Shown here: piece by piece, positions 52,861 through 64,000 of the stretch
How positions within the stretch are numbered: the stretch's first letter is position 1
How the letters are laid out: each line of letters starts with the position of its first letter
DNA from: Rhynchobatus australiae
Taxonomy: Eukaryota
Length of the DNA stretch: 64,000 bases
Direction: 5' to 3'
Assembly (NCBI GenBank): GCA_034780895.1
Contig: JAUZTB010000077.1
Span: 85,782 to 149,781, forward strand
Notes under the pieces: model-generated
What the model was told of the DNA's origin: nothing
Seen by the model: only the letters and a program-made list of their open reading frames with translations
Databases searched by the model: none
Made by a program: the position numbers and the translations under genes

Positions 52861-55597
52861 TGGTGTTGAACATAAAAGAGTACAGGAAAGGATCAAGTCC
52901 CTCTGCCCACGATGTCTGTGCCATCATGATGCCAAATAAAATCAAATCAATGGACATGAGCCATATCACTTCAATGTTTTCATGTTCCTGTCTGTCTAAA
53001 TGCCTTTTGAACGCGACTAACATATTCGCTCCACCAGAACATCTAGAAGAGCCTTCCAGTCACGTACCACTTTCGGGGGAAATAACTTACCGGCTCATCT
53101 TCCTTCAACTTTCCCCTTCTCACAAAGCTATGTCTCTACTATTTGACATTTCTACCCTGAGAAAAGTTATAAAGACCCACTGCTGATACTTCATAAAGTT
53201 TCACAGATCAGCACGATTTCATTAAATGGTTGAACAAGCTTAAGTAACCAGTATCGAAAATACAGAATTGAGGTTACAATCAGATAAGAGTACAATGCTA
53301 ACACCTGCCAGAGGGGCGCAGTGGCTAACTCCTGCTCTTAATTGGTATATTCACAGACAACACTTCCAGCTGAGTGCAGACCACTGCGAGAATTCCAACC
53401 AAGAGAATAGATCAGCTGCTCCCTTCCCCGGCCCATCAGTATGGAGCCACATCCGGGTCTCACTCATCAGATTCCTCTCGATAAAATCGGGCAATACTTC
53501 TTCGACAGCACTGTCCGGCTCTCCGCCCTTCTTCTAAAGTAAATTCTCACTTCATAAATCGATACTCCGGTTCAGGCAAGGCCATATATTTTAAGACAAT
53601 TTATCTGGTTGAAAGCAGAGCTCAAGTCAATGCCTCGGTTTCCGTCGTGACTCACGCATGAAATTTTTAAAAAAGCACTCAGATTCAGTAATTCTGTGAT
53701 TTTGCTTCTTTTACTGTCAGTGGTTTAGTCACAAAATCAAAGAGTCATAATCACAGAAATAGGGACTTCTGCCCAACTCGTCCATGTCGACCACGGTGAC
53801 TGTTGGAGATGGTACCATTTGCCAGTTTGGGGCCATGTCCCTATAAACCTTTCCAATACATGTACCTGTCCAAATGATTTTTAACGTTTTAATTCATTCA
53901 CATGTCTCCCACTTTTTTACAGTTAACTTGTAGGCTATTGTTATGTGGTCCCGAGGAGACTGCATTTTCTCCAAGTAAATGACTTGACCTCGTGGTCAAG
54001 ATAATGTTGGATCTCCTCGGCATCATCACTGATCAGTTATTTTCACGGATTACTAAAATATATTACCCAGGATCATTCCCAGTGTAATATCTCCTTTACC
54101 TCGTGATTTAACCAGTCACTGAGGCTTTTGTCTGCTTTGCAGTTACTTTAAGCAGAGTTCACTTTTTCATTGAGATTCAACCGCATAAATAATACCACAG
54201 TACTTTAATTTGCCTTCGGAGAGGCAAGATACCAATCGACTGTTACTGTAAGGCAAAGGATCACCTTTGATTAAAATATGGTTTTTACTTTCGATTCCCA
54301 TGATATATTTTAATGCGTGTTCTCAGTTTTAATGTGATGAATCAATTTTAAATTTTGTTCTCCGGACACATTTCCCCGAATACCCTCGAACATTCTCAGA
54401 GGCGGAGATAAGGATTCCAACATATCAGCTGGCTTTCCTTCACCTAAATCTTTTCACAATGAAGGCCAGCATGCCTTCAACATTTATACTTTCTCGCTGA
54501 ACCAAATGCTGCATTCGTGAGTTTTGAGTACAAGGCACTGATCTTCCTCAGAGCACCAAGACTTTACAATCGCTCACCACTGGAATGAAATAGCGACTCT
54601 AAAGTGGCCAAAGTATATTCCACATTGCACACTCGCATCCCGTATGTAATACTGATATCCCTCTGCATATTTGATGTGACAACCATCCAGCCCGCTCCCC
54701 TGATTCAAGTCACCGATACAGATTATGCAAAACTGGTTCGCAACACCGAACGCTGAATAGGCTATCGAACCCACGAATCTCCCATTTATTCCCGTTTTGG
54801 GCGGGTGTCTCTCTGTAGAATCGGTAAGTGCGTTCAGTTGTTAACTGGAAGGTTGGTTGTTCGGCCCAACCATTGACGCTGTGTGTATAATTTTCATTTA
54901 AATAACATTGTACTCTCCGAGTCGGGTGCTCACTGCTGGTTTAGTTTAAGTGATGTTATGAAGCCTGAAAAAGCGACGCAGGCCGAAATTCCTGGCCACG
55001 ATCCGACAAGCGATAAACTTCAATGACGGAAAGTTGACGGAAAGTATCGTATTCTCCACTCTAAAGGATGTATTCATATTCCAGTTGGGCATTGCTTTGC
55101 AGGTGAGAGAGACACTCCGTATTTCAAGCATACTCAAAAGGCTAGCAGGCACTTCAAATAAGACCAATTTCCGGATGAACCACGATTTTATTTTGTTACT
55201 TTTGTATTCTTTATTTCTGTTTAGGTCGCAATTTTCCTTGATGAAAAGGTCATCAGTGAACCATTTAAGATAAAGCCCATGGAAATGCTTAAGGTTGTGG
55301 CTCGCATTTACTGACACAAATTTTAGATTTCTTACATATATTTCTACATCTGCAACAATGAAAGTTAACCTCACGTTTTACCGTTCAATAATCCTGTGGT
55401 GTAAACCTGGGAAATTAATAGTTATGTCGATGGTGTTGAACTCTCTGAAGTCGTTTTCGTATTAAATCAAATCAAAGAGAAAGTAAGAGCTGAGAACGGA
55501 AAGCACCTGATTATCAAGAACCTGCCCACAGGATGACAGTTTATTGTTTTCCTCATTTTAATGCAAATCTCAATTAGGTTACAATCGAATATACATT

Positions 55598-56464
55598 TTA
55601 TTTGCAGAGCTTCCCATTTAGCGTAAATAGGTTTTCCACTTCATCTTTCAGTTCCTCTCTGAATTTCCTCTGTGTCAGCCCATAGATATGGGTGCAGGTA
55701 CTGAGCATCTGCAACATGTATCCGATCTGTTGCAGGATATATATGGGTGTGCTGTAATATCTGTCTGTGTAGGAGTAGTTTTCAGTTTGCCAGGTCATTG
55801 CATGTACGACATAGGGCATCCACAGTACTACGAAATTGGCTGATAGGGCGAACAACAAAACCATTGACTTTCTCCGGTTCTCCACCTCTGGATCTTTCTC
55901 ACTCTCGCTGCTGTTCCGAAGACCCCGGCGGACTCTGTTTGTCGCTATAATCCGTCTAACGGTTAAAGCATTGAACAGCAGAATTAAACCGATTGGTACC
56001 ACCGGTGTTGTGAAACTGTAAAATAACCTGTACCCTCTCCACACCGATGACGATAAGTATTCTGCTGCGGCGACGCAGCGTCGTGGATCCACTGTAAAGT
56101 AAAACGGAATAGACTTGGCACAGCCCGCTGCACCCAATATTACAGTTACCACAGTCGCTGTTCTCTCGGTGTAATATCGTTTCTGCCGCTTGTGACAGCA
56201 GATGGCTGCGTATCGGTCGAAGGTAAAAGCAACCGTCAACGAAACGGAACAGTCCGTGGTTGTGATCCGTAGGAAATGTATCACCGTGCACACCGGAGTT
56301 CTGAGCAAGAAATTAGCAAACATAAAGATAAAATTAATCCGTTGCAGCAGAACAGCAAGGAAAACCACCATTAAATCCGCTGCCGCCATCGCCACCAGGT
56401 AGCGAGTGATACATTTGGAGAGACCGCATTTTCCGCGGGATAGGATCACAATCGCAGTTGTTAA
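55598..56464 (-). pseudogene. GPCR gene G, exon 2: open frame but splice acceptor destroyed (probable pseudogene)
   Basis: Full TM1-TM7 ORF with DRY, but the acceptor region reads ttctttgTTAACAACTGCG with no AG. TM7 CTNTCIY is reduced to CTHIY. Confidence 0.75.
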
Positions 56465-58107
56465 CAAAGAAAGGATATCGTAAGCAGTTAGTTGGTATCG
56501 TTCCCAAATTGGGTAGTATGACTTCATTTCTATGGTCAGAGGTCGAGCCCGGTTCTGCCACAGTCTGAGATCCCCGCCAATATGAAGATTCATGTCTGCT
56601 GGCCGAAATTTGAAGCCGGTCACCGATCAACTTGAAACTGCACCATGATGTGCATCCGAGAACCCGTCATTTTCACTCCATGAAGCGAACCAAACTGGAT
56701 AATCTGGAAGCCGAACTTTGCCTCGAATAAAATCAGGGCGCTCTCGGGGTACCCTGACAGGTGGTGAACGACGGGCCGGAAACATTTGCATCTGGCCGCG
56801 AATGTGAGGATCGCAGTCGCTGTTGTTTTAATGGGCGGGGCGACCTTTGGGGAACGACACATGCAGTGGAGTGGTTGGTCTTCATTTCACATTGCTTGAC
56901 GTAGCTCTCCTGCTTTAATTTCACTTACTTCAGTTTGGTGACTTTCGAAATGATTATCTTTGAAAATCACATTTTAAAAAATCTAAATGGTTTTAAACCT
57001 CATCAGAAAGCAATTTGTGGACGACGGAGAAGTCAAAATCTCAGGATTATCGGTGACTGGGACTCATCATCCGTATAAAGTGAATCGTCACTATTTGACT
57101 GCTCCTGCTCACGGAAAATCGAGGAGTCCCAGGCGCGGGAAGCCCAGGATGGGAAAGAAAACAAGTTAATTAATGTTTGATTGGGCTGATCGTGATTTTC
57201 AATAATCACGAAGTACCCGATTAAAGTGGTCATGTTTGTCGATGGAACACCAAATGTCCGATAGCAAGGTAACACAGAATCCAAAATGAAGTACTTCGGA
57301 ATGACGGTTAAATTGTTTCATAATCTTAAGGTAGGTTAAAGACATGATTAATTTATTTTGCTATGTATTTCTTCTAACTCTGACCGACATGCTAACTTTT
57401 GTGTATTCCACCAGACAAAGGAATTCAGTAATCGCTTTTTATCCTTGCACCGTAATGACACAGTCCTGCGTGGAGACAGTAGGAAAATGGTTTTGCACGG
57501 GAAAACACCAGAGAAAATGAACTTCATTGAACTGTAGATACCAAATAAGATGGTGATAGTTTGGGGCCCAAGCGAGCGCTGCCATGAATCGCCCTCCTGC
57601 ATTCTCTACAACCATTCACGGTATGTGGGCACAAATGTTCTGGTATTGCCCAACTCCATAGCTGGGTAGCGCTGCGCAGAATGGACCCAGCAGTGACCTG
57701 TACTCAGCTGCAAAACCACCCATCAACGCTTGACAGTCTTTTAAGTGTGTAATGTGGGTGAGGAATCTGCAGACTGTTATTAATGTAAGGAAACCCAAAT
57801 ATTCTGGTGTTTGACGGCCTTCATAACAGCATTGGATCCATATGATAGATAGAAATTAATAACAAATTGACATATTTAAATGCATTGACAATTTCATTCA
57901 AAGCCCCTTGTCAAATCACACCATTAAAGTAACGTTAATTACATCGTAACAATTAAGTGAAAATAATTTATTTCCCTCACTATGCCTACTGAATATCATG
58001 ATTCAATGGACGGAGGACTTGGAGCATTATGCACGAGTAATCTACGGTATATCAAGTGTAATGCAAAGACGGAGACATATAAATAGCTGTCAGGTCCAGC
58101 ACCTTAC

Positions 58108-58172
58108 CAGGAATACCGACCGCTGCAAGTACAGGAAAGTAAATGCTCGCAATAAATTGTTGGATATCCCAT
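58108..58172 (-). pseudogene. GPCR gene G, exon 1 with 5-bp frameshifting deletion
   Basis: 65 bp instead of 70: MGYPTI-(deletion)-IASIYFPVLAAVGIP, donor G|GTAAGG. Confidence 0.85.
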
Positions 58173-58224
58173 TTTCTTCCCGAAGAAGTGATCATTTGAT
58201 CTACAAACTGCTCACAAACACTAG

Positions 58225-58380
58225 TTCAAGGAGCTCTTATACATCAGATGGAACTTCCATTAAGCCAATCAGTGCTCTCCTCAGTCACATTATCGACAAA
58301 CCACTGAAAAAAACACCTAGTGGGGACTATTTTTACTCATTGTGTCAGTGTACAATATGTTTAACTCTTTGAGGGACATG
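58225..58380 (-). promoter_or_regulatory. Conserved promoter block of gene G
   Basis: Minus strand: TCCCTCAAAGAG, GAGTAAAAAT, CTGATTGG, GTATAAGAG. Confidence 0.6.
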
Positions 58381-59129
58381 CAATTTGTTTTCATGTCATT
58401 ACGATAGAATTTCAGAGGATAATTTTGCAAGATTTGTTCTGTCATGAGGTTTGATCCGCTTAAACAAAGCAACTCACGTTATTGTTAATGCATGTTAGAA
58501 AGATACAACGCTTGTTTATTTTTATTTAAAAGAAGTGCTGCCTCTTTCAAACACGTATTAATAATATTGTTCGTATAATATGTTCCTTTATTTTAAAGAA
58601 AAGGTAGTTAATTTCGCAGGTGCAATGTGCGATAAGCCTAACCAGGAGGGGATAGTTTACCCCCGCCCGTGTTACTGCATCACGATAGCCATGGCTGGAT
58701 GAGATGTAAGATAACGGAGGTTTACTGCATCTCCGTACATTCCGTGACATTAAGGGCAAACGAATATCTCAACCGCCTGCGATTCCAAAGCACCCACTTG
58801 ACAGGAAGCAGCTGCAGATTGTACACTGACTGAGAACAGCGAATTCACGGCACAGAAATAGTCTATTTGGCCCTAAAAATCGGAGCTTGGCCATTAAAAG
58901 CCTTGGTCACCTCGGAAAAAGTCGAAAGACGATTCAAAAATTGAGCTTACTATCATATGGACAAGTCCATGTATGCACAGGAGCCATGAAAAAAAAAACT
59001 TACGTGCAACAGCATCACAGGCACATGAAATTAAAGACATAAAATTAAGGTGAAAACATAAATTAAATATGTTCCGCAAAATTATGCAAGAAAGAACACA
59101 ATTAGAACAAAACAAACGTTTGAGTTGTG

Positions 59130-59985
59130 CCATTGTGGACCAGTCTGCCCAGATATGTTGCACTACCCTTCCCCCTGATGAACCTGACTTCAGCGCCCGA
59201 GCTGCATGGACGCACCGTTGGAGTTGCAACCTCGGGACCTCCGGTACACGCCGCTGGGCATAACGGTTTTGGGCCGCCCTTACTATGGACCAGTATAAGA
59301 CCACGGTCGTGAAGAAGGCCAGGGTATCTTCTCCGTCCCACTTTACCATCTGCTAGCAGATGAAACCACGAGGTTAGCCGACCGGGCCAGCGGCCACATT
59401 CGCCGCGGCAAGGGAGCAGGTCGCGTGTGGTAGATAGATTACATCGGACGACTCCCACGCCATAACAGAAAGAAGTATGCCATAACGAAGGTGAACGCGT
59501 ACTCAGGTGTCCTGGTAGCACCATCAAGGGATTGCATTACCTCTCCTCCATCTATGGAGTACCATGTCAGGTACAGTCCGATCAGAGCTCCCATTTCGCG
59601 GGGGCCAATGTACAAAACTGGGCGGTGGAGGAGATCTCCTGGCTGTTTCACATCCCCTGCCATCCCCAGGCATCGAGTCTGATCGAGAGGATGAACGGCC
59701 TGCTGAAGGAGACAAGTCGCACGCTGACACCCTCCCGCACACTGCAGAGGAGGTCAGGCTTGTTACTGCAGGCTGTCGATCACACGGTCCACTGGCCAAA
59801 TGGGGTCTCCACTATCCCGTCATCTAGCTTAGTCCCCAGCATCCGACTTGCAAAACCCCGAATCCGGCGGAATCGAGGAGTCTGGGAGAGTCAGGGTCCG
59901 ACAGCCACAAGAACCCCCTCAGTAGGGAGAAGTCGTTGCGATCGGTCCTGGAGACACTCGTTGGGTCGCGATTCCGGGTCGAACT
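59130..59985 (+). mobile_element. ERV-L-like (class III) integrase remnant
   Basis: AAWTHRWSCNLG..GTRRWA; GHIRRG..GRVW*IDYIGRLP; VNAYSG; YGVP.QVQSDQSSHF; WLFHIPCHPQASSLIERMNGLLK; GEVVAIGPGDTRWV. Confidence 0.8.
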
Positions 59986-60039
59986 GACCTGCCCTATCTC
60001 TTGTAGACTTGTAGGTGATATTAGCTAGAGGGTTAAAAG

Positions 60040-60730
60040 GATAGTGAGATGGAGGACAAAGTCGTATGCTGCAGCTGTCTGATGTGGGAGTCCGTGGACC
60101 TTGCTGTGGTCCATGATGACCACCTCTGCAGCAAGTGCTTGAGGCTGGAGGAACTTCAGCTCAGAGTAGATGAGCATGAGTTCCATCTACAAACGCTGAG
60201 CAGCATCAGGCAGGGGAGAAGTTATGTAGACGCGGTACATCAGGAGACAGTCGCCCCCCCCCCTTAAAGCAGGTACTTCTGGGGTTCAGGTGTCAGATAG
60301 AAAGATGACTGTCAGGGGAGGGAAGAGGAAGAAGAAGTCAGACAGGCAGGCAGACCAGGGAACCACGTAGGTTGTTCCCCTAAGAAACAGGTTTTCCGCC
60401 TTGGAGGCTGTTGAGGGGACGGGATCCAGGGGCCTAGCTGCAGTAACCAGGTTGCTGGCACTGGGACTGGTACTGCTGCTCAGAAGGGAAGGGTGGGAAA
60501 GACNNNNNNNNNNNNNNNNNNNNNNNNNNNNNNNNNNNNNNNNNNNNNNNNNNNNNNNNNNNNNNNNNNNNNNNNNNNNNNNNNNNNNNNNNNNNNNNNN
60601 NNNTGGAGCTTAGAAAAATAGAGGGCTATGGGTAAGTCCGTAATTTCTAACGTAGCGACATATTCGGCACAACGTTGTGGTCCGCAGGGCCTATATTGTG
60701 CTGTAGGTTTTCTATATTTCTATGCTTCTA
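60040..60730 (+). mobile_element. CR1 element: ORF1 zinc finger/leucine zipper, gap, 3' tail
   Basis: CCSCLMWE...HLCSKCLRLEELQLRVDE; VPLRNRFSALE; after the gap, ggcacaacgttgtggtccgcagggcct...tttctat. Confidence 0.7.
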
Positions 60731-63139
60731 AATGCATTCTGCATCGCACATTGTTACAGATGACATTTTTGGCGAGAAACTGCAATCAGTTGTTTGATAC
60801 GTCCCAACTGTCCCATTTATTGCCAAATAGTGGAAGAAACTGTGAACTGGGAGTGTGAAGATCCACTAGGATAATTAGTGCGATCATCTCCTTCTTCCCA
60901 ACAGCCGGAACCCAATGAATGGACACTAACAGTGAACTATATTACTCATTGTGCCTTTGCGCATTGGATTTCACTCCTCGATAGATGTTACAAACACTTG
61001 CTTGTGCAGCTTGTTCGAACATTGTGTTACAAGTTTTATGTTTCCAACACTAGGTTTTAACTGCTTAAATAAAAGTTTTCATGGCATCAATATCAGTTAG
61101 AACACGGCAATCACCTACAAATAACAGTCGTTATTACAATAGGCGCAGCACATGGTCTCGTACAAGAATGGAACGGTGATCAATGTGACAGGGAAATGAA
61201 GATACAACAATACGACAATGTTAATGAAGCTTAGCAGAGGCAGAATCTTGCCGTGCACCTCCCGCACGGGCGGATTTCGTCCTGAAATTTATCGCGACGA
61301 ATGGGATTTAACTTAATACCGCATGTTTCCTGTGCTACGTATCTCTCATAGCATTAATCCAGTAAATCCGATAGTTTAAATGGCTTTTAAAATCAAAATC
61401 AGCCAGTTTGTTTTTGTGGGCCAGCTGGACATTGTAAATGGATCGAAGTACGGTATTGTCCAGTACATAACTGAACCACTCCGCCAGAAGCAAAGGACCT
61501 CTTCCACTGAAAGAGCTGCCCGCCGAAGCCACATTTTCAGCATTGATGTACTTCCTCGCGTGGTTAATTTACAGAAAATTAACTGATACCTCCGCAGTAT
61601 TTGCTATTCTGGTTCCCCATGAATCTCAATGTTTTTCCTGTATATGATGTCCCCCATTTCTCTATATTGCGATCTATTCACCACTGAGTACGACATTATT
61701 ATGCCTTAGTTTCTTATTGCAACTGATAATTTCTTTAAATACGCCATTTAATCGTCTGGCGTGTTGACAATTCCCGGAGGAAAACATTCTCGCGTCTTCC
61801 AACCAATCGCTGAATCTAACTGTTATTCGATCACAGATGTTATTTTATGAGAATGTACTGGATAATCCAGGACACATTGGATAATATCTCATCATTCATG
61901 TTACAATTTCACCAGTCCGTGTTTGACTCCTACGGATATGATCCATCGGCTGGTTGCTATGCAGTGATTTCTAACTGCAATGGATGAAAAGCTAGTTCCT
62001 GCCAGATGCTGCTCTGTGGATTGATGTTCGTTTTATGTCCCTTTTCGTTTTCTCTTTCTCAGTGTTAACGAAGTGTCTCAGACCAGAGGGTTTAATTGCT
62101 TCTTTCCGCAGACGCTGTCTGACCTGTCGATTTTGCAGCATTTTCTTCTATCCATGACGGGGCACTGGGTAAAGATGGGCGGTTGGACTCTCCTTCATTG
62201 AAGATGACCATTGCCTGGAACGTCCGTGGCGCGAATATCAACTTGAATCACATAACCCCCCTCGCACCCCACATGGCCTCAGAAACAGGGCCTTTGGTGC
62301 ACCGTATCCATGCCAAACCAGAAGTAACCATTTGGTTTATCCGGAATCTCAATCACTTCATCAGTGGCCCACTATGCCTTCACGAGTCATTTGTTTCTCC
62401 AGTGTGTCTTACCCGTTGATGGATTATATGCCTTCAACACATGCTGAAGCAGGAATTCCAGATTTGAAAGATTTGGGGCTGAAAAAAATCTTCCTCAGAT
62501 CCGAACCGTCTCGCACTTCTCGCCATAAACCTTTGGCCTCTGGTCTTAGGTGCTTCTGTTATGAAGTAAAATGTATCTTGTTCTGGTACTATTTGTGCCT
62601 CTCATAATTGTATACACCTTTGGCAAGACGCCTCGCCCACCCCCCGGCCTGCTCTTTTCCAATGAAAATAATCTCTACCTATCCAATCACTGCACACAGC
62701 TGAGGCATTCCATCGTAGATAACATCGTAGAGAAATTCCGCTGCTCCTTTCCTGTGCAACCGTGCCCTAAATTGTTGCGACTAGAACTATGCAAATTATC
62801 CAGTGGTGGCCAAAACAAAACTTTATTAAGTTGCAACTAGAATTCACCGCTCTCAGCCTTGCTGACCCAGCTAACGAGGTTAAGGAATTCCGCATGCTTT
62901 CTTCAGCAGACGAGTGTTGCACCATCAGTATTCCATTGACTTTTGCACAAGGTTGCTTCGTGCTCATAAAACTTACTGTTTATGGCATGTGTCCTACCAA
63001 TATCAGGTGCTGCACAATGCAATACTTAGCACTTATATGGATTACATCCCATCTGTCCTTGCCTCGCGAAACGTATAAGCTGATCAAGAACATTCTGTAC
63101 CCTAAGACTGGCCTTCCCACTATCCATAAAACCACCAAA

Positions 63140-64000
63140 ATCAGAATAGGAATCATATTTATTATTACGGACATATGTCGTGAAGTTTGTTGTTTTGCGT
63201 CAGCAGTGGAGTGAAAGACAAAAAAATACTGTAGGTTACAAAACTAAATAAGAGTTACAAAAACAGAGCAATGATGAGGTAGTGTTCATGGGTTCATGGA
63301 CCTTTTATAAATCTGATGGCGCAAGGGAGAGAGCTGTTACTGAAGCGTTCAGTGCTGGTCTTCAGGCTTCTGTACCTCCTCCTCAATGGCAATAACGTGA
63401 AGAAGTCATGGCCCGAGTGGTAATGGTCCTGAATGATGGATGCCGCCTTCTTGAGGCACGAACTCCTCGATGGCGGAGAGGATTGTATCCGGGAAGGAGT
63501 TGGATGAGTCTACACCGCGCTGCAGCCTATTGCCGCCATGTACATTGGAACCTCCATAAAAGAATTATGCACCTTCTCCCTGCTTCCCCTTCCTGAATTC
63601 CACAATCAATTCCTTAGTTTTGCTGATGTTGACTGCGAGGCTGTTGTTGCGGCACCACTCAACCAGCTGACGATCTCAGTCTTGTCTACCGCCTCATTGT
63701 CATCTGATATTTTCCAGCACTGTGTTGTCATCTGCGAATTTATAACTTGCATTTTAGCTGTGCTTAGCCACACTGTAAGTAATGCAGAGAGCAGTGCATT
63801 GGCCGATGCATGTATTCTTGAGGTGCGTCTGTGTTGACTGTCAGCGAGGTGGAGATGTTCTCACCGATCTGTGCTGATCGTGGTTTCCGATGAGAAAGCA
63901 GAGAATGCAGTTGAAGAGGGAGGTACAAAGGCCCAGGTTTAGGAACCTGGTGATTAATACTGAAGAAACAATGGTATAGGATACCAAGCTGTAATCGACA
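63140..64000 (-). mobile_element. Rex1-type LINE 3' fragment
   Basis: Tail atcagaat...tttattatt...gtcgtgaagtttgttgttttgcg; caggcttctgtacctcc; gttgtcatctgcgaatttata reads KFADDNT on the minus strand. Confidence 0.7.

Noticed and set aside
1-64000. CRISPR arrays, operons, rRNA and tRNA genes
   Set aside because: The sequence is vertebrate-like, and no repeat-spacer array or RNA gene was recognised.

Overview
Eukaryotic, repeat-rich, gapped scaffold, most likely from a cartilaginous fish (ray or shark; inferred from the repeat families and receptor type). The main content is a tandem cluster of seven two-exon class A GPCR genes of GPR139/GPR142-like type. Six have a short first exon (70 bp, or 65 bp in one mutated copy; M...[YF][YF]P..A.[IV]G[IL][PA], phase-1 GT donor) that the ORF track mostly misses; exon 2 is ~0.9 kb. 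Two genes look intact (3555-5478 minus; 29764-33728 plus). Five are damaged by frameshifts, stops, splice-site loss or an ERV insertion. Four copies share a ~150-bp promoter block with TATA-like, TAATTR/CCAAT and O/E-like motifs. This birth-and-death pattern resembles chemoreceptor clusters. Between the genes lie an env-bearing ERV (integrase, env, LTR), an ERV-L-like integrase, a Sushi-type Ty3/gypsy remnant, Rex1, CR1 and L1 LINE fragments, Penelope-like repeats, and two short, locally templated inverted copies.
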